DNA from: Actinomycetota bacterium
GTDB lineage: Bacteria > Actinomycetota > Actinomycetes > S36-B12 > UBA5976
Reading direction: 5' to 3'
Assembly: GCA_041170365.1 (NCBI GenBank)
Contig: JBEAYY010000061.1
Location: forward strand, 1 to 62,736
Length of the DNA: 62,736 nucleotides
Part shown: one piece after another, positions 9,928-19,230 of the stretch
How the letters are laid out: each line of letters starts with the position of its first letter
Position numbering within the stretch: position 1 is the first letter of the stretch
The notes under the pieces: generated by a model
Told to the model about the DNA's origin: nothing
Seen by the model: only the letters and a program-made list of their open reading frames with translations
Database searches by the model: none
Translations under genes and position numbers: made by a program

Positions 9928-11481
9928 TCAAGCATTTACTAATTCATCAGATTTATTTGTCGCTTCACTAATTATTTTTCCTGACTCCGATACCAAAACC
10001 GTTCTTCTCGGGGTGGAGTAATACTTAGCAACAGTCGATAATTCTTCAGCAACAGTATTTCTTAATTTTTTAGAACTTGCCAATATAGATTTAAGTTCTG
10101 AAATTGTTTGATTCAATTGCTTTTGTTCCGTTTGTAATTCAAGCTTTGAAGTCTTTGTCAGTCTTCTCAGAGGCATATCCAAAATATAAGTTGCTTGGGC
10201 ATCTGAAAGTTTAAAAGTTTTCATTAAACCATTCTTGGCTTCTTGCGCATCATCACTTGATCTAATTAACTTAATTACTTTGTCTATATCTACGATTGCT
10301 AGCAATAAGCCTTCCACTAGGTGGAGTCTGTCGTTTGCTTTATCTAATCTAAATTTGCTTCTGCGCTTTACTACATCAATCCTGTGCTCCAAATAAACTT
10401 CCAGTAAATCTTTCAAACCTAAAGTTCTTGGTCTTCCTTCAACCAGGGCAACATTGTTAATTGAAAATGACTCTTCCATCGGGGTAAGTCTGTACAAATC
10501 GCTTAATACTTTATGGGCATCATGTCCATTTTTTATTTCTATGACTAGTCTTAAACCTTTTTCTCCATCTGTTAAATCAATTACTCTTGAAATTCCTTGA
10601 AGTTTTTTTCCTTCTATTAGATCTTTAATTCTTTCGATTACTTTTTCAGCACCAATATTGAATGGTAATTCGGTAATAATTAATCCATCTTTTTTGGCTT
10701 TAACTTTTTCAATTTGAACAGTTGCTCTCATTCGGAATGCACCTTTACCGGTTAAGTATGCATCTTTAATTCCATCTCCAACTAAAATTTTTCCTCCACC
10801 AGGTAAATCTGGCCCAGGAACAATTTTCATAAGTTCACGTGGTTTTACTTCCGGATTTTCAATAAGTGTTAACAATGCAGTGACAATTTCTCCTAAATTA
10901 TGTGGTGGCATATTTGTTGCCATTCCAACAGCAATACCTGTTGCTCCATTTACTAGGAGATTTGGAAAAGCAGCAGGTAAAACTTCAGGTTCAACTTCAC
11001 GGCCATCATAATTAGATCTAAATTCAACAACATCTTCATCAATTGATGCAGTTAAACCAAGAGCAGTCGGCGCTAAACGACATTCTGTGTAACGCATTGC
11101 TGCTGGACCATCATCTAAGGATCCAAAATTTCCTTGTCCATCTATTAAAGGAATTCTTAAAGAAAAAGGTTGTGCCATGCGAACGAGTGCGTCATAAATT
11201 GCACCATCTCCATGTGGATGAAGTCGACCCATGACTTCACCAACAACACGAGCACTTTTGACGTGACCTTTCTCAGGTCGTAAACCCATTTCATTCATTT
11301 GGTAAAGAATTCTTCGCTGAACTGGTTTTAAACCATCTCTGGCATCTGGAAGTGCACGTGAATAAATAACTGAATATGCATATTCTAAAAATGATCCACG
11401 CATTTCGCGTGAAACATCGATGTCAATAATTTTTTCTGGAGTTAAAGGCAAAGTAGCATCTTTAGACTTTTTACTCGCCAT
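9928..11481 (-). CDS. parC: Type IIA topoisomerase subunit A (ParC-like), N-terminal breakage-reunion domain only; C-terminal beta-pinwheel absent
   Basis: 517 aa; [12 protein letters not shown], catalytic Tyr context [28 protein letters not shown]; the ORF stops about 20 aa after the PRRT motif that marks the end of the N-terminal domain. Confidence 0.85.
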   Translation of the reverse strand: MASKKSKDATLPLTPEKIIDIDVSREMRGSFLEYAYSVIYSRALPDARDGLKPVQRRILYQMNEMGLRPEKGHVKSARVVGEVMGRLHPHGDGAIYDALVRMAQPFSLRIPLIDGQGNFGSLDDGPAAMRYTECRLAPTALGLTASIDEDVVEFRSNYDGREVEPEVLPAAFPNLLVNGATGIAVGMATNMPPHNLGEIVTALLTLIENPEVKPRELMKIVPGPDLPGGGKILVGDGIKDAYLTGKGAFRMRATVQIEKVKAKKDGLIITELPFNIGAEKVIERIKDLIEGKKLQGISRVIDLTDGEKGLRLVIEIKNGHDAHKVLSDLYRLTPMEESFSINNVALVEGRPRTLGLKDLLEVYLEHRIDVVKRRSKFRLDKANDRLHLVEGLLLAIVDIDKVIKLIRSSDDAQEAKNGLMKTFKLSDAQATYILDMPLRRLTKTSKLELQTEQKQLNQTISELKSILASSKKLRNTVAEELSTVAKYYSTPRRTVLVSESGKIISEATNKSDELVNA

Positions 11482-11571
11482 TTTTAGACCTCAATAAATA
11501 TTTTTAGTTAGCAGACCTTAATCATGCCTTTTTGCATTTCAGAATTGGTGCTGCCACACCGAGGTAAGGAT

Positions 11572-12498
11572 TTATTGACCACCTTTTGAGCCAAATAGAA
11601 TTTCATCCCAACTTGGCACAGAAGCTCTTTTTCCTTTTGCATGTTTTGGAGTGTCATTTACTGCAATTGGTTCAACAATCTCTTCAACAGTTTCTTCAAC
11701 TTTTAACTCAGTTTTTATTTCTTCTTTTATAACCGCGGTTGGCTTGTTAACTACTGGTTGAACTTCAACAATAGGTTCTTGCTTAGGAATAGGAAGCGTA
11801 TTGGAAACATCTTGTTTAACGCCTTCAGGTGTAACCCATTTTGGAATTTCTGCTTTGATTTCTTCAACAACGTTTGGAACACTAACTAATTTTGGTGCAA
11901 CATGTTCGATAGTTGGAGTGTGATTTATTTCTGGGGATACATCGAGTAACCATCTTGCAACATCATCAAGTGGAGCAATTGTTGCAACATCTGGGTCAAA
12001 AGCCCAGTGAGCTTCTGTTTCACCTTTTCTGCCAATAAATGAGCAAGCAATATTCCATCTGCCATCTTCTCTTCTCCAGGCATCCCATTTGGTTGATTCA
12101 ATATCACCGCCGCCGTGCAAAATTCTGGTTTGAACTATTTCATCAAATTCAGCGCTACCGTGAGCTCTTCTTATTTCAGTTTCTCTTGCTCTTTTTGAAA
12201 TCCAATATCTTTCTTGTAAAACAGGTGGTTCAAATCTTTTAATTCTTTCTAAAGGAATACTGCTAACTAAAGCTAAATCTTCTGCTGCAATTCCTGCACG
12301 AATTCTTGCCTGTATTTCTGCAACTGTTAATTCATGATCTTTGTCATGAACAGAAGCTTTTGGTCTTTTTTTCCAATTACGTGCAGCATCTCTAGTTTTT
12401 TCATCTAGATCTAAAGCAAATTCATTTCCATTTTCATCTTTTAAAACAAATTTTGAGCCGTCATCACTAAGGGATCCAAAAGTTAATTTTTTGGCCAA
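11572..12498 (-). CDS. sepH: Septation protein SepH (DUF3071)
   Basis: 308 aa; TTG start with strong SD (GGAGGTG); the N-terminal LT...DG..FVL.D..G..F.L and LTVAEIQARIRAG(.)..EDLA patterns are typical of DUF3071/SepH; adjacent to parC. Confidence 0.7.
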   Translation of the reverse strand: MAKKLTFGSLSDDGSKFVLKDENGNEFALDLDEKTRDAARNWKKRPKASVHDKDHELTVAEIQARIRAGIAAEDLALVSSIPLERIKRFEPPVLQERYWISKRARETEIRRAHGSAEFDEIVQTRILHGGGDIESTKWDAWRREDGRWNIACSFIGRKGETEAHWAFDPDVATIAPLDDVARWLLDVSPEINHTPTIEHVAPKLVSVPNVVEEIKAEIPKWVTPEGVKQDVSNTLPIPKQEPIVEVQPVVNKPTAVIKEEIKTELKVEETVEEIVEPIAVNDTPKHAKGKRASVPSWDEILFGSKGGQ

Positions 12499-12583
12499 GC
12501 GACACCTCCAAAACTTGTGTTACAGGAGTGACTAACTACTTACCCTGTGTTAGGAATAACGCTACGAGAAAAACACTAATTAA

Positions 12584-13786
12584 TTATGAATTTACAGAGC
12601 GCGAGTCTGCGCGTTTCAAATCTTTGAAAGTTGTCACAGTAATCACAAAACATAACAAACCAGCTAAAGTCACAACCCAGAAAGCAGTTTGAGCGCCTTC
12701 ATTGTCTAAAACCCATCCTGAAATTGCTGCTGCGACTGCAATTCCTAGACCTGCTCCAGTATTTGCCCAAGCAAAACCTTCGGTCAATCTATTTTGCGGA
12801 ACTAATTGACCAATCAAGGTATAGCCAGAAATAAGCACCGGAGAGATTGCCAAACCAGAAATAAGCAAGGTGACAAAAAGGCTAGGCATAGTTGAAATGA
12901 ATGGTAAAGGCAGTAAAGATATTGCAAAAATAAATGAAGTGATTAAAAATCTGTGTGAAAGTTTATTCTTAAAATGTATTGCTCCCATAGCAATTCCTGC
13001 TACCAATGAGCCAAAAGACCATGCAGCAATTAAAGCCCCGGCTAATTCTGGTGAATCTTTTTCTCTACTGAAAGCAACTGCAATAACTTCTGCTGCACCA
13101 AATACAGCACCAAGCAAAATATAAACTAAAAAGACAGAAAAAACTCCGGGATATAAAATCGCAGATTTGCCTTTAGATTCATGAGATTTATGAATTTCTG
13201 GTTGAGTATTTTTCTGACTTGCTAACCAAATTCCTCCTAATGTAACTAGCAATGCTGCAATCAGTAAACCTGATGCATCATAAAAAGCTACACAAAGAAT
13301 AGTTACTAAAGGAGGACCAAAAATGAAAATTATCTCATCTAAAACACTTTCCATTGCAAAAGCTGTATTTTGCTGTTGAGAATTTTTTACAGATTTTTTC
13401 CACCTAGCTCTAATGTAGGGTCCAACTGTTGGGACTAGGGCTCCTGAAATGATTGCTGTAACTAGAACCAAAAAGAAATTAAAATTTTGAACGATAAGAA
13501 AAATTGTTACTAATAAAAAACTTACGTGAACACTTAGCTGAATTGGGATAATTCGATTTTGACCCAAACGATCAGCAAATCGAGAAGTTATGGGACCTCC
13601 AACAGCAGCAGCAATTGCGAATGCAGCAGAAATCACACCTGCCTTGAAATAGGATCCAGTTCGAGACTGGACCAACAAAACTGAACCCAAGCCATACATT
13701 GAAATAGGAAATCTTGCAATTAAGCCTGCTAACGAAAATTGGATAGCACCAGGCAAGATCAAAATATTTTTATATTTAGTTAACAC
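12584..13786 (-). CDS. MFS transporter
   Basis: 400 aa with about 12 predicted hydrophobic helices; GTG start; substrate unknown. Confidence 0.75.
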   Translation of the reverse strand: MLTKYKNILILPGAIQFSLAGLIARFPISMYGLGSVLLVQSRTGSYFKAGVISAAFAIAAAVGGPITSRFADRLGQNRIIPIQLSVHVSFLLVTIFLIVQNFNFFLVLVTAIISGALVPTVGPYIRARWKKSVKNSQQQNTAFAMESVLDEIIFIFGPPLVTILCVAFYDASGLLIAALLVTLGGIWLASQKNTQPEIHKSHESKGKSAILYPGVFSVFLVYILLGAVFGAAEVIAVAFSREKDSPELAGALIAAWSFGSLVAGIAMGAIHFKNKLSHRFLITSFIFAISLLPLPFISTMPSLFVTLLISGLAISPVLISGYTLIGQLVPQNRLTEGFAWANTGAGLGIAVAAAISGWVLDNEGAQTAFWVVTLAGLLCFVITVTTFKDLKRADSRSVNS

Positions 13787-13831
13787 GACCTCAACGCTAC
13801 TTGTTGAGTGGTTTAAGACAAAATAGGTGGT

Positions 13832-14647
13832 GTGACTGAGTCGTTAAACCAAAGTTTGCTCAAATTGGCTTTAGATATAGCCAAAACTACAAGTGAACTG
13901 CTAGTTAATAAAAGACCAGAAAATATGGCTTATGAATCTAAATCAACACCTGTTGATTTAGTTACCGAAATGGACAAAAAAGCAGAAGAACATATAGTTC
14001 AACGAGTTAGAGAAGTTAGACCAAATGATTCGTTTTTAGGGGAAGAGGGAACTGCTAAACCGGTCAATAATCCTTCAAATGTTCGATGGATTATTGATCC
14101 AATCGATGGCACAGTTAATTATTTTTACAACCATCCTTATTGGGCTATTTCAATAGGTATAGAAGTAGATGGAGAAATTCAAGTCGGGGTAGTTGCAGCT
14201 CCTTTGCTTCATGAAGTTTATTACGCCGTAAAAAATGAAGGTGCATATCTTGAGCATGATGGGAAAAAAATAAAATTAAAAACTAATTCTGGTGCAAAAC
14301 TTGATAAAGCTCTTGTGGCAACAGGATTTGGCTATGACCCTGAGCGTAGAAAAAAACAAGGTGCAGCCTTAGCCGAGATGGTGGTAATTGCTCGCGACAC
14401 TAGAAGAGCAGGTGCTGCTGCAATTGATCTTTGTTACGTAGCCGCAGGAAGACTTGATGCTTATTACGAGTTTGGACTTTATCCTTGGGATTTTGCCGCT
14501 GGTTCACTAATTGTTACTGAAGCCGGTGGTCGAGTGGGAGGACTAAATGGTGAGAAACTTGGTGGCGATTGGTCTTTAGCAGCAAACGCAGATTTATTTG
14601 ATGTTTTAAATTTTGAAGTAAATAGATTAAAAGATAAATATTTTTAA
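13832..14647 (+). CDS. Inositol monophosphatase family protein (SuhB/ImpA/HisN-like)
   Basis: 271 aa; FLGEEG, WIIDPIDGTVNY and WDFAAG motifs. Confidence 0.85.
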   Translation: MTESLNQSLLKLALDIAKTTSELLVNKRPENMAYESKSTPVDLVTEMDKKAEEHIVQRVREVRPNDSFLGEEGTAKPVNNPSNVRWIIDPIDGTVNYFYNHPYWAISIGIEVDGEIQVGVVAAPLLHEVYYAVKNEGAYLEHDGKKIKLKTNSGAKLDKALVATGFGYDPERRKKQGAALAEMVVIARDTRRAGAAAIDLCYVAAGRLDAYYEFGLYPWDFAAGSLIVTEAGGRVGGLNGEKLGGDWSLAANADLFDVLNFEVNRLKDKYF

Positions 14648-15162
14648 TTAATTCTTTTTAAAGTATTTTTGTAAAGTTTGGTCAATTCCAGATAATGATT
14701 AACACCATCTTCAAAACTATTTTCTTCGACTGCATTTTCTTTTATTTTTACAGGCACTCCAAGGGCCAGAGCTTTTTCTGGAATTGTTTTTCCAGGTGGT
14801 ACTAACGATTGGGCTGCCACTAAAGCTCCTTTTTTAACTAAAACTTTTTCTAAAATAGTGGAACCAGAGCCAATTAAACATTGATCTTCAATGACACAAC
14901 CTTCTAAATGAGTGTTATGTCCGACTACACATCTTGAACCAATAATTGTGGGAAATTGGGTTTGGCAGTGAATAATGCTGCCATCTTGAATGGAAGTGTC
15001 TTGTCCAATTTCTATATAGCTTGAGTCACCTCTAAGTACAGCGCTTGGCCAAATACTTGAATTTGCACCAATGCGCACATCTCCAATTAAAACTGCATCT
15101 GGATGCACAAAAGCACTCTCATGTATTTGAGGTGATCTTCCGTTTAGTTCATATATAGGCAT
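14644..15162 (-). CDS. Gamma-class carbonic anhydrase / hexapeptide-repeat (LbH) family protein
   Basis: 172 aa; left-handed beta-helix repeats and YrdA/PaaY-like N-terminus (P.IH.SAFVHP.AVLIGDV.IG). Confidence 0.8.
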   Translation of the reverse strand: MPIYELNGRSPQIHESAFVHPDAVLIGDVRIGANSSIWPSAVLRGDSSYIEIGQDTSIQDGSIIHCQTQFPTIIGSRCVVGHNTHLEGCVIEDQCLIGSGSTILEKVLVKKGALVAAQSLVPPGKTIPEKALALGVPVKIKENAVEENSFEDGVNHYLELTKLYKNTLKRIN

Positions 15163-15323
15163 GTATTAGATTTGCCTCCCATAGTCCTATTACATATCCT
15201 GGTGGACACATTAGGTTATTTGACTAATGTGGCAAGACTCACCATGCGAAAGACTCGCGCAACTGGTCAGTTATAGGGCATTATCCACGCGAAAGATAAT
15301 TTTTTAAGAGGTGAAGAAAAAAA

Positions 15324-15620
15324 GTGGCAACAGATTATGATGCACCGCGAAAATCGGATGAAGAATTAGCCGAGGATTCGTTAGAAGAATTAAAAGCGCA
15401 AAGAGCAGAAGCAACCAACCCACAAGTTGAAGTGGATGAAAACGATGTTTCTGATTCCGTTGAACTTCCTGGTGCTGATTTATCTGATGAATCTTTAACG
15501 GTAAGAGTTCTACCTAAACAAGCAGACGAATTTACCTGTTCCAAATGTTTCTTGGTTATGCACAAATCAAGAATTGCTAAAGAAACAAAAGGTAAAGCAG
15601 TTTGTATTGAGTGTGCCTAG
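15324..15620 (+). CDS. DUF4193 family protein
   Basis: 98 aa; MATDYDAPRK...acidic middle...FTCSKCFLVMHKS...CIEC; conserved next to dut in Actinobacteria (Rv2699c-like, from memory). Confidence 0.7.
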   Translation: MATDYDAPRKSDEELAEDSLEELKAQRAEATNPQVEVDENDVSDSVELPGADLSDESLTVRVLPKQADEFTCSKCFLVMHKSRIAKETKGKAVCIECA

Positions 15621-15868
15621 TTTTTCTTTTTAAGATTTTTCTGCAAGAAATTCTCTAATAAAGACATAACTATTGTGCTGATTGCTGTCCAGGTTAGTAC
15701 TTGACCAAAAGGTTGATCTTTATCTCCAGATTTTGGAGGCTTTTGCCCCATAATTTTTGTGTAACTTTTGGCAAGAATTTTTCGGGCAAAAAAAGTTATG
15801 ATTAAGACCAAAAGAGAAGAGAAAACTCCCAAAGATTTTTTCGTCTTTTTTCTTCGCATAATTCTCAT
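15617..15868 (-). CDS. Small membrane protein (DUF4235-like)
   Basis: 83 aa; basic N-terminus and two hydrophobic segments; convergent 4-nt overlap with the DUF4193 gene. Confidence 0.5.
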   Translation of the reverse strand: MRIMRRKKTKKSLGVFSSLLVLIITFFARKILAKSYTKIMGQKPPKSGDKDQPFGQVLTWTAISTIVMSLLENFLQKNLKKKN

Positions 15869-15877
15869 TTTACAATC

Positions 15878-16321
15878 TCAGTTCATTCGCAAAACATCTT
15901 TAATTTTTTGACCTTTTCTGGTCGAAACTAACCAATAACTATGTGGATCAGTTGGATCATCAAATTCAATTTTTATTGATGTTGAAATTAGAGGGGAGGT
16001 GGCATGAAAAGATTTTAAATCAGATTTCACGCCTCGAAGTTGCGTTGTTTCAAGAGAATTTAAGGTTTCAATTTGAGTAATAATCTTTAAAGGCAATTTT
16101 GCTTTTCCTGCATAAAAATACTCTGAATCTATTTTTAGTTCCGGTGAGAAAACATAAGTAATAATACCTAAAATCGAAGACATCAGGATAAAAATTATTA
16201 TGGCTATAGTTGTTCCAAAAATAGCGCTCATTGAAACAGACAGCATTAAACTTATTCCAATCAAAAATAGCCAAGACCAAAATGGAGGAAGAAGTTTCTC
16301 ACGAAATTGCAAGTTGCTCAT
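15878..16321 (-). CDS. DUF3093-like membrane protein
   Basis: 147 aa; two N-terminal TM helices then a soluble domain; divergent from dut as Rv2698 is in mycobacteria (from memory). Confidence 0.55.
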   Translation of the reverse strand: MSNLQFREKLLPPFWSWLFLIGISLMLSVSMSAIFGTTIAIIIFILMSSILGIITYVFSPELKIDSEYFYAGKAKLPLKIITQIETLNSLETTQLRGVKSDLKSFHATSPLISTSIKIEFDDPTDPHSYWLVSTRKGQKIKDVLRMN

Positions 16322-16355
16322 ACTTAAACTTTGCCAGAGAAGTATTCTTGAATAT

Positions 16356-16805
16356 ATGTCAGTCCCTACAAAATTGGAAATATTAGTTCAAAAACTTCAT
16401 CCAAATGCAATCATTCCAACTTATGCAAAACCAGGGGATGCTGGAGCAGATCTTTATGCAATTGAAGAAGTAACTTTAAAGCCAGGAGAAAGAGCTTTAG
16501 TAAAAACTGGAATAGCTATTGCTTTACCTGAAGGTTATGTTGGATTAGTTCACCCTAGATCAGGTTTAGCTTTAAAAAATGGAATAAGTGTGGTTAATAC
16601 TCCTGGAACAATTGATTCTGGTTACAGAGGCGAGATTGGAGTTGTTTTAATTAATCATGATTTAACAGAAAGTTTTTCTGTAAAAGTAGGAGATCGAATA
16701 GCTCAATTAGTGATTCAAAAGTTTGAAACTGGAGTTTTTAAAACTGTATCTGAATTACCTACATCGGAGCGGGCAAGCGGCGGATATGGATCAACTGGTA
16801 AATGA
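16356..16805 (+). CDS. dut: dUTP diphosphatase
   Basis: Motifs AGADLYA, RSGLA, GTIDSGYRGEI and GDRIAQLV. I prefer the internal ATG at 16356 because the longer ORF from 16200 overlaps the divergent gene and adds a non-homologous extension. Confidence 0.9.
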   Translation: MSVPTKLEILVQKLHPNAIIPTYAKPGDAGADLYAIEEVTLKPGERALVKTGIAIALPEGYVGLVHPRSGLALKNGISVVNTPGTIDSGYRGEIGVVLINHDLTESFSVKVGDRIAQLVIQKFETGVFKTVSELPTSERASGGYGSTGK

Positions 16806-17170
16806 AATCAATTAAAGAATATTTGAAGAATTTTTATGCAAGTAATGAAGAATTAGTTGCTGAGGAACTTTCTGAACAAGCAGAAAATAGAGGTTCTACG
16901 TTAATTGATGAAATTGAAAGAGGAAAGTTAATTCAGGTAACAGGTGTTGTAAAAAGTGTCATCGTAAAACCAAATACCCAAAATCCATCATATGAAGTGG
17001 AAGTCTTTGACGGTAGCGGAAATTTAACTGTTATTTGGCAAGGCAGAAGAAAAGTAGTTGGAGTAGAACCCGGTACGCAAATTGAAGTCGAAGGAAGAAT
17101 TACTTTTTTAAATGGTAAACCTTGTTTGCATAATCCTATATATAAAATATTGAATAACGAAAAGGATTAA
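16802..17170 (+). CDS. OB-fold domain protein
   Basis: 122 aa; ATGA overlap with dut; pattern V.G.V.SV...P......YEVEV.DGSG.L...W.GRR...G..PG..I.V.G typical of the actinobacterial OB-fold protein downstream of dut. Confidence 0.6.
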   Translation: MKSIKEYLKNFYASNEELVAEELSEQAENRGSTLIDEIERGKLIQVTGVVKSVIVKPNTQNPSYEVEVFDGSGNLTVIWQGRRKVVGVEPGTQIEVEGRITFLNGKPCLHNPIYKILNNEKD

Positions 17171-17171
17171 A

Positions 17172-17786
17172 TTGGAAAAAAAAGAGTCAATTGGTGAAAA
17201 AGAATTACTAGATAGAGCTTTGGGTGGATGGCGAGGATTAGTTGATTCTGCTCTTCCTTCCTTATTGTTCGTAATCATTTTTGTGCTTCAAAATAATTTA
17301 AATTTAGCTCTAATTAGTTCTGTTGTAGCTGGAGTTATTCTTCTAGTTATAAGGCTTGTAGAAAGAAAAAGTCTCACCCAAGTAGTTGGTGGCTTTTTTG
17401 GATTACTAGTTTCAGTTTTCTTAACTTGGCGGACAAATGATGCTAGTAATTTTTTTCTAACTGGAATTATTACCAATTTAGTTTATGGAGTAGCACTTTT
17501 TATATCTTTATTAGTAAAAAGACCACTTTTAGGATATTTAGTTGGATCTTTAGTGGGAAATACTTCAGGGTGGTTGAAAGATGCTCTTTTAGTTAGGGCT
17601 TATACAACTATTACTTGGATATGGGTTGGTGTTTTTTCAATCAGAGTTGGAGTTCAAGTACCTTTATATTTAGCTGACAACATTGCTTTATTAGGTCCAA
17701 TAAAAATATTTATGGGTTGGCCACTTTATTTGTTTGCTGCTTGGATTAGTTATCGAATAGTGCAAACTGCTAGAAGTAAATCTTAA
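17172..17786 (+). CDS. DUF3159 family membrane protein
   Basis: 204 aa; TTG start; multiple TM helices; LGGWRGLVDSALP N-terminus; conserved position beside the trkA genes. Confidence 0.6.
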   Translation: MEKKESIGEKELLDRALGGWRGLVDSALPSLLFVIIFVLQNNLNLALISSVVAGVILLVIRLVERKSLTQVVGGFFGLLVSVFLTWRTNDASNFFLTGIITNLVYGVALFISLLVKRPLLGYLVGSLVGNTSGWLKDALLVRAYTTITWIWVGVFSIRVGVQVPLYLADNIALLGPIKIFMGWPLYLFAAWISYRIVQTARSKS

Positions 17787-17790
17787 ATAA

Positions 17791-18450
17791 TTATTTACAA
17801 CACAAAAGATCACGTAAAGTTGGTTGTTGAGCAACAGTTGCTACGACCAATAATTCATCTCCAGCTTCCAAAGGATCATCAGGGTGCGGAGAAATAACTC
17901 TTTTATCACGCAAGATTGCAACCAATGCGGTGTCAATTGGCCATTCAACATCTCCAACTTTTTTACCTATGACTGGTGAATCACTTGGCAAAGTCACTTC
18001 TAATAAGTCAGATCCAGATTGTCTTAAGCTAAATAATCTAACAAGTTCACCAACAGTTACTGCTTCTTCAACAAGAGCAGTCATCATTTGTGGAGTTGAT
18101 ACTGAAAAATCAACACCCCATGCATCGTTAAATAACCATTCATTTTTTGGATGATTTACTCTTCCTACAACTCTTGGCACACCGTATTCAGTTTTTGCTA
18201 AAAGTGAAACTACAAGATTTACTTTGTCATCACCTGTTGCGGCAACGACAATTTGAGCTTTAGCTAAATTTGCTTCGTCTAAAGCATCTGGTTCACAAGC
18301 ATCTGCAAAAACAGTTTTTGCTCCAGATTTTTTAGCACTGGCAATTGCATCTGGATCCTCGTCAATAACTGTTACTTCATGTCCATTTTTTATAAGATCT
18401 CGAGCAATTGCTCGTCCAACATTTCCTGCTCCAGCTATAACGATTAACAT
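17791..18450 (-). CDS. trkA: TrkA-type potassium uptake regulatory protein (RCK: TrkA-N + TrkA-C)
   Basis: 219 aa; Rossmann GAGNVGRAIA; C-terminal RCK_C-like segment. Confidence 0.85.
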   Translation of the reverse strand: MLIVIAGAGNVGRAIARDLIKNGHEVTVIDEDPDAIASAKKSGAKTVFADACEPDALDEANLAKAQIVVAATGDDKVNLVVSLLAKTEYGVPRVVGRVNHPKNEWLFNDAWGVDFSVSTPQMMTALVEEAVTVGELVRLFSLRQSGSDLLEVTLPSDSPVIGKKVGDVEWPIDTALVAILRDKRVISPHPDDPLEAGDELLVVATVAQQPTLRDLLCCK

Positions 18451-18453
18451 TTT

Positions 18454-19113
18454 TTATTCCTTTGGTCCTGAAGCAAAAACATTTTCAACTAAATCTCTAT
18501 CTTTTACTTGATAAATCGCATGAATTAAATCGCCTTCTTGTAAAACTGTGTCGCGGTCAGGAAGTAAAGCTCCACCAAAACGACTAATTAGTGCAACTCG
18601 AACTTTTGCTGCTTCAGAAAGTTGACCAACTTTTTTACCAAACCATTTAGGTGAAAGAAATACTTGTGCAAGAACAACATTTCCACTTGGATCACGCCAT
18701 TCTTCTTGCGCGCCCAGAGGTAGAAGTCTTCTTAATACCTGATCTGTAGTCCAAGCAACACTTGCCACAGTTGGAATTCCAAGTCGTTCATAAACTTTTG
18801 CTCTTCTTGGATCATATATTCTTGCAACAACTAAAGGAACATTAAAAGTTTCACGAGCCACACGGGCGGAAACAATATTTGAGTTATCTCCAGAAGAAAC
18901 CGCAGCAAATGCTTGAGCTTTTTCTATTCCAGCTTCAATTAATGTGTCACGGTCAAAACCTATTCCTAAAACTTTTTGTCCAGTGAAATCATCACCTAAT
19001 ATTTGAAATGCATTTTCTTCTTTATCAATAATTGCAACACTATGACCTAATTCAAGTAGGCGAAAAGAAAGAGCGGATCCAACTCGGCCACAACCCATAA
19101 TGACTACATGCAC
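18454..19113 (-). CDS. trkA: TrkA-type potassium uptake regulatory protein (second paralogue)
   Basis: 219 aa; GTG start; GCGRVGSALS Rossmann motif; tandem with the first trkA gene (CeoB/CeoC-like pair). Confidence 0.85.
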   Translation of the reverse strand: MHVVIMGCGRVGSALSFRLLELGHSVAIIDKEENAFQILGDDFTGQKVLGIGFDRDTLIEAGIEKAQAFAAVSSGDNSNIVSARVARETFNVPLVVARIYDPRRAKVYERLGIPTVASVAWTTDQVLRRLLPLGAQEEWRDPSGNVVLAQVFLSPKWFGKKVGQLSEAAKVRVALISRFGGALLPDRDTVLQEGDLIHAIYQVKDRDLVENVFASGPKE

Positions 19114-19230
19114 TTAGGATTAATCCTTTGAAAGATTTAAGTTCTATTTCATACGCTACACGCAAACTCCGGCTATTTAATGGAGTGGTTGATGGATTAG
19201 AATTGGATTGTTGCGTAGTCTTGAGGGATT

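Noticed and set aside
16200-16355. N-terminal 52-codon extension of the dut ORF
   Set aside because: It overlaps the divergent DUF3093-like gene and has no similarity to dUTPases. The canonical dUTPase N-terminus begins at the ATG at 16356.
19116-19127. 12-bp perfect palindrome AGGATTAATCCT covering the SD of the upstream trkA gene
   Set aside because: It is too short, and it has no usable loop for a stable RNA hairpin. AT-rich palindromes of this size are expected by chance. No second copy was seen.
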